From NCBI GenBank assembly GCA_963841805.1, contig CAWJEB010000006.1, positions 17,480 through 81,479 on the forward strand: a stretch of DNA of 64,000 bases. The letters run 5' to 3'. The stretch comes from an uncultured Chloroflexia bacterium (lineage in GTDB: Bacteria > Chloroflexota > Anaerolineae > Anaerolineales > Anaerolineaceae). Position numbers and translations under genes: made by a program. Of this stretch, positions 1 through 10,593 are shown in pieces. Under the pieces are notes generated by a model, which was not told the DNA's origin, did no database searches, and was given only the letters and a program-made list of their open reading frames with translations. Position 1 is the first letter of the stretch, and every line of letters begins with the position of its first letter.

Positions 1-825
1 GCAAATGTGCCATTCGATGATATCGCAGTAACCAATGTCATGGAAGCGGTCGCAAGTGATGCACTGCATCTCTCAAAATGTACAAGCATGGCGGTCAATC
101 AGTCTCGCACATTAAATAACAAGGTTCTGGTTGCCCACAACGAGGACTGGGTACCTGAGGATGAACCGGATGTGGTCATATTGCATGTTACCCCGGATGA
201 TGAACCCGCATTTCTGGCTATGACATATGGTGGATTACTGCCAAACATCGGTTTCAATGACCGCGGCATCAGCCAGTGCTGCGATTCTTTGTATCAGGTC
301 GACAGCCGCATCGGGATTCCACGCCTTGTCGTTTCGCGCGCGGTCCTGGCAGCGAAGACGATCAGCGACGCAATTCGGAGGACACTCATCCCCAGGCGCG
401 CGGCTGGTTACAATCACCTGATCGCTCATGAAAGCGGAGAGATCTACAATGTCGAGGTTTCCTCGCTCCAGTTTGCCCTCCAATATGGAGAGGATGGATT
501 TCTGGCGCATACCAATCACTTCCACGACTACAATATGAAGGAGATTGAGGATGAGCCCGAAGTGCTTGTTGCAACCAGAGTACGATATTTTCGGGCTCTA
601 AGGCTGTTGAAACAGAACCATCAGCATACGCTGGAATCGCTGCAGGCAATTCAGAGAGACCATGTGAACTTGCCAGACTCAATTTGTAACCACATTGACC
701 ATCTAGATAAACCTCTGGACAGAGAAAAAACGATTACCGCCATGGTCTTTGATCTAACAGAACGCCGCCTGCATGCTTGTTGGGGAAATCCCTGCGAGAA
801 TACATACCACACATATCAACTGTAG
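1..825 (+). CDS. Peptidase-C45 / acyl-CoA:6-aminopenicillanic-acid acyltransferase-like Ntn hydrolase, C-terminal part (5' end upstream of window)
   Basis: Frame 1 is open from base 1 (the ORF track starts it at GTG 7). Motifs VAHNEDW and GFLAHTNHF recall C45/IAT-like hydrolases. The catalytic N-terminus is not in the window. Confidence 0.55.
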   Translation, partial: ANVPFDDIAVTNVMEAVASDALHLSKCTSMAVNQSRTLNNKVLVAHNEDWVPEDEPDVVILHVTPDDEPAFLAMTYGGLLPNIGFNDRGISQCCDSLYQVDSRIGIPRLVVSRAVLAAKTISDAIRRTLIPRRAAGYNHLIAHESGEIYNVEVSSLQFALQYGEDGFLAHTNHFHDYNMKEIEDEPEVLVATRVRYFRALRLLKQNHQHTLESLQAIQRDHVNLPDSICNHIDHLDKPLDREKTITAMVFDLTERRLHACWGNPCENTYHTYQL

Positions 826-903
826 TAAAACCTGCCATGCAGCACCCAACCGGTAAGCAACCCGGAAAGAATTTGAAATATGCGCCCAATAGGATTGGAA
901 TGA

Positions 904-1101
904 ATGCCGCCTTACGACCCTAAACTCATTGACAAATATATGATCCGCACCCGGTACGATGATGAGCTGAAATGCTGGCTGGCGTACAGGAATGTCAGCC
1001 CCACTACGCAGATCGCCGGGGATTCAAAAGATGAAGCGATTGTCAATTTCCTGCGCTTTGATTTAGATTTATATGACAAACCTCATAACGGTGGGGATTG
1101 A
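904..1101 (+). CDS. hypothetical small protein (65 aa)
   Basis: Isolated ORF in a spacer with no recognisable family; only a faint HicB-like flavour (GDSKDEAIVNF). Confidence 0.35.
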   Translation: MPPYDPKLIDKYMIRTRYDDELKCWLAYRNVSPTTQIAGDSKDEAIVNFLRFDLDLYDKPHNGGD

Positions 1102-1483
1102 AGTTCGGTTTAATCCTTCCTAATATATGTGCTGAATATTGCATCAAGTTCACATATCGATACACCACTACCAGGAAAAATTACCGTCGTAAGGGACTGC
1201 TGCGTTTCGATCCAGTACAAAAGCTGACACACAATACTAATCAGGGATAAAAGTGAACCTTAGTCGAGAGAGCGCTAATCTTAGGTTTTTCAATTATTAT
1301 CCGTTCTCTGTGTCCTAAGTAGTGAAATAGCAAATACATATTTTATTCTATGCTCCCTAGGCGCTTTTTGTGGTGATCAGTTTTCTATATCCGGGAACTA
1401 AAACCTCTCCCATTCGTCTTATTTCTGGCACCATTACTGCAAAACTATATCGGACAAAATCACTCTTATTAAATGTTATAATC

Positions 1484-3353
1484 ATGGACATGAATTCGTA
1501 CACTTTTGCGAAACAGCAAAAACCAAAACAGGACGGTATCTCGATTCCCGGGATGTTATTGGGGCTTGGGATTACGCTCCTCGTTGGGATGTTGCTGGTC
1601 TCTACCATATATATGCTGGGGTCCGCCAACCGCGTTTTGACTGGCGTGGCTGTGAACGGCATCGACCTATCCGGTAAAACGTTGGATGAAGCTTCCAGTA
1701 TTCTCTCCAGCCAGATGGCATACTCCGCATCCGGCAAGATCATCCTCACGGATGGCGAATCATCCTGGCTGGCCACACCAGCCGAACTGGGTCTATTCAT
1801 TGATGCCCGCACGTCGGCGCAGAAGGCACTCGAAACCGGCAGAACACTCAACCCCATAGCCAACCTGATCGGATCTCTCAGAGCCAGGTATGCGGGTTAC
1901 AACCTCGCCCCGACCGTTTACTTGGACAAAAACACCGCCCAACAGTTTCTCGTTAATATCTCCGCAGAGATCGACCGGCCGGTGGTTGAAGCTGGCATCA
2001 ATATCAACGGCATCGAAGTCTCCACCAACCCCAGCCAGGTTGGGCGCACCCTCGATATCGAAGGCACGCTCAAAGTGCTTTCGGTTCAGTTGCAAACCCT
2101 GCAGGATGGCGTCGTGCCGTTGATCATCCGGGAGACGCCGCCGCAACTGGTGGATGCTGCACCGTTGGCGGATGCTGCCCGCAGCATCCTCTCTGCACCG
2201 CTGGTGATCACCGTGCCGGATAGCAACTCCAACGACCCCGGACCATGGACAATCGACCAGGCGACCCTGGCCAGGGTCATTGCCATCGAACCTTATCCTG
2301 AAAATTCATCCTATCCATACAAGATCGGGTTGAATTCAAACGCATTGCGGGGATACCTGGAAGGAATCGCCCCTGAACTTGATCGTGCGCCTTCCAATGC
2401 TCGCTTTATTTTCAATGACGACACGCGCCAATTGGATAACCTCGAAAGATCTATCTGCCGGCCGCTCGATGGATGTGGACGGAACGCTTTCCAGCATTAA
2501 CACAAAACTCAGCGCTGGCGAACACAATATTCCGCTGGTTGCATACACGACCCAGCCACAGATCACCGACAGTTCCACCGGGCAGGACTTGGGCATAACC
2601 GAACTTGTCCATTCGGAAACATCTTACTTCTACGGTTCAAGCGCCGCCCGCATCCATAACATCCGCACCGCTGCAGCCAACTTTCATGGATTGCTGATTG
2701 CGCCCGGCGAAGAGTTTTCCATGGCTAGCGCCATGAAAGACGTCACTTTGGATAACGGCTACTCGGAAGCTTTGATCATCTTTGGCAACCAAACGATCAA
2801 AGGCGTGGGCGGTGGCGTTTGCCAGGTCAGCACCACGCTGTTTCGGGCTGCTTTCTTCAGCGGATTTCCCATCGAGGAACGTTACGCGCATGCCTATCGT
2901 GTGGGTTATTACGAACAAACGGCTTCGGGAGGATCGGATTCAAACCTGGCCGGCCTGGACGCGACTGTCTTTATCCCGGTCGTGGACTTGAAATTTACAA
3001 ACGATACCCCCTACTGGCTGTTGATGGAAACTTATGTTTCAGATACCTCCATCACCTGGAAATTCTATTCCACCTCAGATGGCCGTTCGGTGGAATGGCA
3101 TAATGGCGGTTTGAAAAATGTTGTCGAAGCGCCCAAGCCATTATACAAATTGAATTCCGAATTGGATAAAGGCGAAATTAAACAAGTAGATTGGTCAGCG
3201 GATGGCGCGGATATACAGGTAAGCCGCATTGTTTACAAGGACGGCCAGATCTACTTCCAGGATGCGTTCAATACCCATTACGCGGCCTGGCAGGCTGTAT
3301 ATGAATATGGGCCAGGTACAAAGCTGCCTAAAAAAGCTCAGACGGAGAATTAA
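1484..3353 (+). pseudogene. VanW-family protein (TM anchor + N-terminal region + VanW core) interrupted by a +1 frame change near 2447
   Basis: ORF 1370..2500 has a likely start at ATG 1484 (MDMNSY) followed by TM helix GMLLGLGITLLVGMLLV. ORF 2379..3353 carries the VanW core (GGGVCQVSTTLFRAAFFSG, ERYAHAYRVGYYE, GLDATVF). The two read as consecutive parts of one protein in frames 0 and +1. Confidence 0.7.
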
Positions 3354-3487
3354 CTTCCAGAAACCCTATCGAGAGTTTAGAATTGGATCACAACGAAAAT
3401 TATGCTCTACATCGTTTTATCCTTATCTGAACCAGATTCTCTTTGTGGTATCATTAAAAAAAATGAGAGTGACCTATTGGAGGTCGA

Positions 3488-3709
3488 ATGGTAAATGCAG
3501 ATCTATTAGAAATTTTACGCTGCCCGGCATGCGTTCGGGAAACCGAAGGATTATTAAAACTGGAACATGAAACCTGGTTGATTTGCCAGGATTGCGGCCG
3601 TAAGTACCCTATCAGCGAAGACATTCCAGTAATGTTGATAGATGAAGGTGATAAATGGAAAGACACAGCAGTCAAAGATTTGCCTGTGCCTCCCCCGCCA
3701 ATTTCATAG
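3488..3709 (+). CDS. Trm112-family (UPF0434) zinc-ribbon protein
   Basis: LEILRCPACV ... CQDCGRKYPISEDIPVMLIDEG is the typical Trm112/YcaR pattern; 73 aa. Confidence 0.8.
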   Translation: MVNADLLEILRCPACVRETEGLLKLEHETWLICQDCGRKYPISEDIPVMLIDEGDKWKDTAVKDLPVPPPPIS

Positions 3710-3825
3710 AATAAAGAATACACACCTTATAATTCAAAAACCTTAGCGTATAGGACTGGAACATCTCTTGCAACATTACCGAGAGGTTTCGTATCCTTGA
3801 CCCTCAATATAATCTGGAAACTTTT

Positions 3826-5280
3826 ATGGCTAACACGCAAAATAGAAGATCAAAAAAACAAAAAAATAATACAAGAACGATCATCTTGCTGGTAATGGGA
3901 GTGGTAGCTATTGTGGCTGCTATTCTGGCATTTGTATTCATTCGCAACCTGGTCTCCAGTTGGACGTTGGGAACACTTCCTGGTGAACCCAGCATCGATG
4001 AAAACGCCCTGCCAACGCTGGCAACTGGAGAAAAGTTCCCGCAAGGCGGAGATTCTTTGCAGCCATCCACTGGACCGACAGCCCAACCATGGGATGGCTC
4101 CAGCAGGGTGACTGTATTGCTGTTGGGACTGGATTACGATGATACCGAAGCCCGCAAGATCCCCCGAACCGATAGTATGATGCTCATCTCCATGGATCCG
4201 CAATCCAGGACGGCCGGTATTATGTCCATCCCCCGTGACATGTGGGTGAACATTCCCGGCTTCGATTACGCAAAGATCAACACAGCCTATTTCCTGGGTG
4301 AATCCTATCAAATGCCGGGAGGCGGCGCTGGGTTGGCTGTCCAAACCGCGCAGGATTTCATCGGCGTTCCCATCAACTATTACGCCCAGATCGATTTCGA
4401 TGCCTTTGTGCAATTCATAGATGAGATTGGCGGCGTGGATATCAACGTTCCTGCCAAGATAAAAGTCAGTGTCATGGGTGGTTACGAGGTGAAATCCAAC
4501 AGCGGTAAAACATACATCCGTGAAGAAAAGGTATTAAAGAAGGGGATGCAAACCCTGGACGGAGCGACTGCCCTGGCTTATGCCCGAAACCGTCACACGG
4601 ATGGCGGTGACTATGATCGCGCAAGAAGGCAGCAACAAGTGGTAGATGCCGTTCGAGCCCGAGTGCTCGATTTCAACATGCTGCCAACCTTGATCACAAA
4701 AGCACCCAAGCTTTATGCTGAACTTTCAAAAGGCGTGAAAACAAATCTTTCACTGGATCAAATGATCCAGCTGGCTCTTTATGCTGCAAAAATTCCATCA
4801 GCTAGCATCAAACACGGACTTATCACCGAAGACTCAGCTTTTCAGGGCATGTCGCCGGATGGACAGTCCATTCTCATCCCAATTATGGACAAGATCAGAA
4901 CAGTCCGCGATGAGACCTTCGCCACCGGCGGCCCATTAGGACCTGCGCTGGTATCCTCTGACCCAACAGAGCTTATGAAAGCAGAAGCCGCACGAGTCTC
5001 AATTCGTAATGGATCATCGTTGGAAGGACTGGCAGCCCTTTCTGCTCAATATTTCCAGCAGCAGGGTGTAACAGTGGCTGAGGAAGGCACCGGAGATCCA
5101 TCCACATATTCTTATGTGATCGATATTACTGGAAAGCCTTACACCCTCGCGTATTTTACCAGCGTATTGGGCTTATCACCTGCCCAAATTCGAAATGCAA
5201 GTTACGACCCCAATTCACCCGTGGATGTGATCGTCGTCCTCGGACAGGACTGGGCGAACAACAATCCAATCGGCAGATAG
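3826..5280 (+). CDS. LytR-CpsA-Psr (LCP) family cell-envelope phosphotransferase with C-terminal LytR_C-like domain
   Basis: Basic N-terminus plus one TM helix. LCP core: VTVLLLGLDYDD...RTDSMMLISMDP...SIPRDMWVNIPG...KINTAY. Confidence 0.85.
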   Translation: MANTQNRRSKKQKNNTRTIILLVMGVVAIVAAILAFVFIRNLVSSWTLGTLPGEPSIDENALPTLATGEKFPQGGDSLQPSTGPTAQPWDGSSRVTVLLLGLDYDDTEARKIPRTDSMMLISMDPQSRTAGIMSIPRDMWVNIPGFDYAKINTAYFLGESYQMPGGGAGLAVQTAQDFIGVPINYYAQIDFDAFVQFIDEIGGVDINVPAKIKVSVMGGYEVKSNSGKTYIREEKVLKKGMQTLDGATALAYARNRHTDGGDYDRARRQQQVVDAVRARVLDFNMLPTLITKAPKLYAELSKGVKTNLSLDQMIQLALYAAKIPSASIKHGLITEDSAFQGMSPDGQSILIPIMDKIRTVRDETFATGGPLGPALVSSDPTELMKAEAARVSIRNGSSLEGLAALSAQYFQQQGVTVAEEGTGDPSTYSYVIDITGKPYTLAYFTSVLGLSPAQIRNASYDPNSPVDVIVVLGQDWANNNPIGR

Positions 5281-5298
5281 CCATCTTTTAAATCCTTG

Positions 5299-5333
5299 GA
5301 AGCAGACTCAATATTTGAGTCTGCTTCTTTATT
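5299..5333 (+). terminator. Rho-independent terminator after the LCP gene
   Basis: Perfect 12-bp stem GAAGCAGACTCA (5299-5310) / TGAGTCTGCTTC (5316-5327) with a 5-nt loop, followed by TTTATT. Confidence 0.7.
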
Positions 5334-5401
5334 ATCCGGTAAATATTGAGGTGATATCCAATTTATTGGTTGTATAATTGTACTCTTCAAGGAGATTTGT
5401 C

Positions 5402-6070
5402 ATGATTGCTGATCAGGAAATCATCATCAGAATTGTCATCGCAGCGTTGCTGGGTGCGCTGGTTGGGTGGGAACGCGAACGCCAGGGGCAGCCAGCCGGA
5501 TTAAGAACTCACATCATCCTGGTGGTTGGCGCTACTTTAACTATGACACTTTCCATTAATCTTGCCATCCAATTCCGACCGTTGGTACCCAACGGCGACC
5601 CCGCGCGTCTGGCTGCCCAGGTGGTTTCAGGGATCGGCTTCCTGGGCGCTGGTGCCATTTTAAGATACGGGCCGAATATTAAAGGGCTCACCACCGCTGC
5701 TTCCCTGTGGACGATGGCGGTAGTTGGGTTGGCTATCGGCGCCGGGCATTACCTTTCTGGTGTTGCGGCAACGGCGCTTATTCTTATGTCACTTATCATC
5801 TTAAATGTGATAGAGAAGCGTTTCATTAACACTTACGCAACCATGATCATTGAAATTGCGGCAGATGACCGCAAGGGATTGTTGGAAGACATCCACAAGA
5901 CCATTGGAAAGATCGTCAAATCCTTCAGCTCACCGAGTGTAGAGAGAAATATTAAATCTAAACGAGTGCGGGTGGAATATACCGTCAAGCTTCAATCCAG
6001 TGTTTCAACAGAACATGTGCTGGATATGATATCCAAGATAGATGGCATCCGGGCAATTAAGATTTCCTGA
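5402..6070 (+). CDS. MgtC/SapB family membrane protein
   Basis: IVIAALLGALVGWERERQGQPAGLRTHIILVVGATL is the MgtC signature. ATG 5402 follows AAGGAG; the ORF track start at 5378 is less likely. Confidence 0.8.
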   Translation: MIADQEIIIRIVIAALLGALVGWERERQGQPAGLRTHIILVVGATLTMTLSINLAIQFRPLVPNGDPARLAAQVVSGIGFLGAGAILRYGPNIKGLTTAASLWTMAVVGLAIGAGHYLSGVAATALILMSLIILNVIEKRFINTYATMIIEIAADDRKGLLEDIHKTIGKIVKSFSSPSVERNIKSKRVRVEYTVKLQSSVSTEHVLDMISKIDGIRAIKIS

Positions 6071-6097
6071 CCGTTAAATAACACATTTCACTAAAAT

Positions 6098-6796
6098 TTA
6101 GAACAAATTGAAGAGGCCGCTGAGTCCACCCGGGTTCAAACGTAAATGATTGTTGCTTTCATACGCCAGCTCCATGATCTGATGCATCACCAGGTCGGCA
6201 ATTTTCCTTACGTATTCCCTGTTATTTTGGTCGCCATGATAAACAATAGGATCACCGACGGTCATGTGGTATGGTCCGCGCAAATACCAGCGCCCATATT
6301 CCACCCGTCCTTTGACGATTGATCGGATAGTCTGTACATTCTTCCTCAATAACGCAATGCCAACCGGGATCACCGGGGCGCCGCTTTCCAGCGCGATCCG
6401 GGCCACGCCTGTTCTGGATCTATTAAAACCACCATCCTCAGGGCTTAATGCACCTTCGGGGAAGATCATCACATTGTGTCCGGCTTTCAGATGGGTGAGA
6501 GCTGCATCGATCGCTTGCTGGCCTTTGCCCGCCGCCACCGGAATGTGCCCCGATCGCCGCAGATATTCGCCCAATACGGGCACCTGGAATAATAACTCGT
6601 TGATCATAATGTAAGTCTGGCGTTTTACCATCGCCGCCACAAAGAATGGATCGGTGGTGGTGGGATGATTCGCCGCAATGATCTTGGGGCCATCCGGTAA
6701 TTCGCTGTGTTTATTGACCACCATTTTTAGCATGGTGCCGGCATAAGTCCCAATCACGGGGCGTGAAATCCAATACATGGTTCTATCTACGATCAT
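6098..6796 (-). CDS. Lysophospholipid (1-acyl-sn-glycerol-3-phosphate) acyltransferase family protein
   Basis: HX4D motif NHPTTTD and the FPEG block (IFPEGALS). Confidence 0.75.
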   Translation of the reverse strand: MIVDRTMYWISRPVIGTYAGTMLKMVVNKHSELPDGPKIIAANHPTTTDPFFVAAMVKRQTYIMINELLFQVPVLGEYLRRSGHIPVAAGKGQQAIDAALTHLKAGHNVMIFPEGALSPEDGGFNRSRTGVARIALESGAPVIPVGIALLRKNVQTIRSIVKGRVEYGRWYLRGPYHMTVGDPIVYHGDQNNREYVRKIADLVMHQIMELAYESNNHLRLNPGGLSGLFNLF

Positions 6797-7017
6797 AAAA
6801 CCCTTTCACAATTTCTTTCTGTCGCTAAAAGCTGTTTTATTTACATCTGCCATCATAACAGTTGCTCTGCCTGGGCTTATCTACCCTTGGATAGATAAAT
6901 TGAGACGTGACCAGGCACATTCTTAAGCGTGACTAACAGGTAAAACACCCGTACTTCACATTAGGTTTTATTGGATGGATTTATTTACGGAGATTTTATT
7001 ATTATAGGAGTGGAAAA

Positions 7018-7686
7018 CTACTCCGAAACGTGCTGACGAATAGTTTCCGCCCAGATCAGGTAGCCATCCCCAAGCAAGTGTAGGTCGTCGTTGGTCAGGT
7101 CTTTTCGTAAGCCGCCCTTTGAGTCGACAAGCGCATGAAACAGGTCAATGTAAGTACAGCCGTTCTCCTCAGCCAAAGCTTGAAGTTGTTTGTTCAGTTT
7201 GATTATGCGATTGGCATATACCAGGTGCCTCGGCAGAAGTGATTGGACAAAGGTCCTGCACTCTGGTAATTCTTCTCTTAATTGCTTAACGATCTTGCTG
7301 TAAACATCCAGAATTTCATCATCCGCCTTGTATTCGTACCATGGCAGGTCATTCGTGCCGATCAGTACGAAGATTTTGGCCGGATTGCCTGCAATGACCT
7401 CATCCAGTCGGGCGAGGACTCCAGCAGTAGTATCTGCGTTGATGCCGCGATTCTTAACCGGCAGCCCCGGGAGCATTTCATCCCAGCGCGCGCCATCCGT
7501 CAGGCTGTCTCCGATAAAGACAATATCGCCCTGCTGTATCGGATGTTTGATAAAGAAACTCACTTTTTGAGCATGGTGTCGATTGATCAGGCGCTTTACT
7601 TCCATCCTTGTGATGGTCAGGAGTAACAGTGTTGCCAGCAGCATTGCGATGAGAAATATATTTAGCATGGTCTTTCCAAATTCCAA
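7018..7686 (-). CDS. Membrane-anchored SGNH/GDSL hydrolase
   Basis: N-terminal TM helix; block I VFIGDSLTDG; block III GTNDL; C-terminal DDLHLL (DxxH). Confidence 0.75.
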   Translation of the reverse strand: MEFGKTMLNIFLIAMLLATLLLLTITRMEVKRLINRHHAQKVSFFIKHPIQQGDIVFIGDSLTDGARWDEMLPGLPVKNRGINADTTAGVLARLDEVIAGNPAKIFVLIGTNDLPWYEYKADDEILDVYSKIVKQLREELPECRTFVQSLLPRHLVYANRIIKLNKQLQALAEENGCTYIDLFHALVDSKGGLRKDLTNDDLHLLGDGYLIWAETIRQHVSE

Positions 7687-7827
7687 CTTGTTTCACTAAA
7701 TTCTAACCTGATTTCTTCTTTTACTGGTCAAAATCACTACATGTAAAAAAACCTATGGCTGTATACTTGATTAAGACTTCAGGAAATTCTTTACCAGATC
7801 GTTGTCAAGAAATTTCAAGAGGACCCA

Positions 7828-9309
7828 ATGAAAAAATATGATGTGATTATCGTCGGCGGCGGAATCGTGGGCAGCATGACTGCCCGATTCCTTTCACGCT
7901 ACCAATTGGATATCCTGCTGATCGAGAAATCAGCGGATGTCGGCACCGGAGCCAGTTCTGCCAATTCCGCCATCGTCCACGCCGGGTATGACCCGCTGCC
8001 CGGGTCGCTAAAAGCGAAAATGAATGTGGCTGGCAATGCGATGTGGGATACCTTATCCGGCGAGCTGGGTTTCGATTATGACCGGCGTGGAGATTATGTG
8101 GTTGCGATCGGGCAGGAGGAGTTCGATCATCTGGACAGTCTGATCGAGCGCGGCGTAAAGAACGGCGTTCCAGGCATGCACATCATCTCTGCCGCTGAAA
8201 TGCGCTACCGTGAACCCAACCTCAACCCGGAGGTGAGCGGCGCTTTGTGGGCGCCCACCGGCGGGATCTGCGATCCTTTCATGGCAGTTGTCGCCGCAGC
8301 AGAAAATGCGGTTCAGAATGGCGTTACGTTGATGTTAAATACTGCCTTCGAAGAATTTGTGATGGATGGCAACCGAATCGTCGGCATTAAGACTAACAAC
8401 GGTACCTTTGGCACACGCTGGGTGGTCAATGCGGCTGGTTTGTACTCAGATATGGTGATGCACAAAGCCGGCATCCGCCCTGAGTTTACCATCACCCCTA
8501 AACAGGGAGAGTATGCCGTACTGGATCACGCAGAGATCCAGATCAACAATGTGCTTTTCCCCGTACCGTCAAAAAAAGGCAAAGGTATTCTGGTGACCAC
8601 CACCATGCATGGCAATACCATGATTGGACCCAACTCGGCCTCTGTCCAAGGCAAGGAGGAACGGACATCCACAAAAGAAGGCATGGATGAGATCTGGAGT
8701 GGTGCGCAAAAGCTGGTGCCATCCCTGCATCCACGCTTTACCATTGCCCTGTTCAGCGGATTACGCGCCACGGGCAATGCCCAGTGTGAAACACCCGGCG
8801 TGGACTATAACCAGGATTTCATTATCGAGGTTCCCTGGGATGTGCGCGGACTGGTTAACCTGGGCGGCATCGAATCACCAGGGCTGACTTCAGCGCCGGC
8901 TATTGCACAACGGGTGGTGGACCTCCTTCAGGATGCCGGTGAAAAATTGCTGGAAAAGCGTGAATGGAACCCCATCCGCCCGCCCCGGCCGCATTTTAGA
9001 AAGCTGCCGCGCGAGGAGCAGATCAAACTGATCAAGACTGATCCGCGCTATGCACGCATCATCTGCCGCTGTGAAACTGTGACAGAGATGGAGATCATCA
9101 ACGAGATCCATGCCCCCATTCCAGCTATCACCTACGATGCCATCAAACGCCGTACCTGGCTGGGAACGGGGCGCTGTCTGGGCTCTTTCGACATGCCGCG
9201 CGTGGTGGATATCCTATCGCGAGAGCTGGGTGTGCCGCCGGAGTCCATCAGCAAAAAAGGCGATGGCTCTGAGTACCTCGTCCGCAAGACCAAGGAAGTG
9301 GAGGCATAA
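7828..9309 (+). CDS. FAD-dependent oxidoreductase, GlpA/LhgO-like, with C-terminal BFD-like [2Fe-2S] domain
   Basis: Dinucleotide fold YDVIIVGGGIVGS; C-terminal CRCETVTEMEI plus GTGRCLG, as in BFD-like domains. Confidence 0.8.
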   Translation: MKKYDVIIVGGGIVGSMTARFLSRYQLDILLIEKSADVGTGASSANSAIVHAGYDPLPGSLKAKMNVAGNAMWDTLSGELGFDYDRRGDYVVAIGQEEFDHLDSLIERGVKNGVPGMHIISAAEMRYREPNLNPEVSGALWAPTGGICDPFMAVVAAAENAVQNGVTLMLNTAFEEFVMDGNRIVGIKTNNGTFGTRWVVNAAGLYSDMVMHKAGIRPEFTITPKQGEYAVLDHAEIQINNVLFPVPSKKGKGILVTTTMHGNTMIGPNSASVQGKEERTSTKEGMDEIWSGAQKLVPSLHPRFTIALFSGLRATGNAQCETPGVDYNQDFIIEVPWDVRGLVNLGGIESPGLTSAPAIAQRVVDLLQDAGEKLLEKREWNPIRPPRPHFRKLPREEQIKLIKTDPRYARIICRCETVTEMEIINEIHAPIPAITYDAIKRRTWLGTGRCLGSFDMPRVVDILSRELGVPPESISKKGDGSEYLVRKTKEVEA

Positions 9310-9310
9310 G

Positions 9311-10588
9311 ATGGCGCTGAAAGAAAAATATGATGTAGTGATCATTGGCGCCGGACCTGGTGGACTGGCGGCCAGTATTGCCGCCAAACAGAATGGCGCG
9401 GAAGACGTTCTCATTATTGAACGCGATAAGGAATTAGGTGGTATTTTGCAGCAGTGTATCCACAACGGCTTTGGTCTGGAAGTGTTTCAACAGGACCTGC
9501 CAGGCCCGGCTTATGCACAACGCTTTATTAACGATGCCCTGGCGATAGGCGTGGATACCCTCCTGGATGCCATGGTTTTGGATATCAGCCCGCAGCGCCG
9601 TATCTTCGCCACCGGCAAGAACATCGGGGTGGTCGATATACAGGCCAGGTCTATTGTCCTCTCTATGGGCTGCCGCGAGCGCACCCGCGCCCAGATCCGA
9701 ATACCAGGCTCGCGTCCATCTGGAGTATTTACCGCTGGTACAGCCCAGCGCTGGGTGAACGTGGAAGGCTTCATGCCCGGTAAACGCTTCGTGATCCTGG
9801 GTTCAGGCGATATTGGTATGATCATGGCCCGCAGGTTGACCCTGGAAGGGGCAAAGGTGGAAGGTGTGCTGGAAGTAATGCCCTTCCTCACCGGCCTGAC
9901 CCGTAACTATGTGCAGTGCCTGATGGATTACGATATTCCGCTGCACCTAAGCCACACAGTCAAACAGATCATTGGCAACGACCGCGTGGAAGCTGTCGAA
10001 TCGGTGCAGGTGGATGAGAAATGGAATCCCATCCCTGGTACCGAGGTTTCGCTGCCCTGCGACACCATGCTGCTATCGGTGGGTTTGATCCCAGAAAATG
10101 AGCTTTCTCGCAAGGCTGGCGTAACCATCGATCCGTTGACCGGTGGACCATTCGTGGATGATCACTTTGAGACCAACGTTCCAGGCATCTTTGCGGCTGG
10201 CAACGTGGTGCACGTCTACGACCTGGTGGATTGGGTATCAGAAGCCGGAAAGGAAGCCGGAAAAAGCGCCGCAAAATTCGCCGTGCAAGTCCGCCGACAG
10301 GAAAACCGACTGGTGCCATTACGGGCTGGCGAGAATGTGCGTTATGTAGTGCCGCATCAGATGGACCGTGAAACCCTGGCAGATTCGATCGTAAGGTTAC
10401 AGCTTCGGGTGAAAACACCGATTGAGAAACCGGTCTGGGTGGAAGTGCGCAACCGCGATAACCTGGTGACGCGCAAAGGTGAGCTTTATGCCAGGCCGGG
10501 AGAGATCATCACATTGGAAGTACCCGCGCGGGCGTATGATGAAGTGCAGTTGGCGGAAGAATTAACGGTTGCCGTTGTGCAGCGTTAG
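9311..10588 (+). CDS. NAD(P)/FAD-dependent pyridine-nucleotide-disulfide-type oxidoreductase
   Basis: ATG 9311 (MALKEKYDVVIIGAGPGGLAA) lies 1 nt after the upstream stop. Second Rossmann motif FVILGSGDIGM; AAGNVVHVYDLVD. The ORF-track extension to 9110 overlaps the previous gene. Confidence 0.8.
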   Translation: MALKEKYDVVIIGAGPGGLAASIAAKQNGAEDVLIIERDKELGGILQQCIHNGFGLEVFQQDLPGPAYAQRFINDALAIGVDTLLDAMVLDISPQRRIFATGKNIGVVDIQARSIVLSMGCRERTRAQIRIPGSRPSGVFTAGTAQRWVNVEGFMPGKRFVILGSGDIGMIMARRLTLEGAKVEGVLEVMPFLTGLTRNYVQCLMDYDIPLHLSHTVKQIIGNDRVEAVESVQVDEKWNPIPGTEVSLPCDTMLLSVGLIPENELSRKAGVTIDPLTGGPFVDDHFETNVPGIFAAGNVVHVYDLVDWVSEAGKEAGKSAAKFAVQVRRQENRLVPLRAGENVRYVVPHQMDRETLADSIVRLQLRVKTPIEKPVWVEVRNRDNLVTRKGELYARPGEIITLEVPARAYDEVQLAEELTVAVVQR

Positions 10589-10593
10589 GAGTA

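Noticed and set aside
904-1101. Small ORF as a HicB-like antitoxin
   Set aside because: It resembles the family only in a short G-D-S-K-D-E-A segment, and no HicA-like partner ORF lies adjacent.
9110-9310. N-terminal extensions offered by the ORF track (9110 for the second oxidoreductase, 33702 for the nuclease, 21548 for EcfT, 39393 for OsmC, 59305 for the hydrolase, 59366 for secA)
   Set aside because: The extensions overlap the preceding gene or precede the SD, signal peptide or Rossmann fold. Internal starts with proper SD spacing give proteins that begin where family members normally begin.
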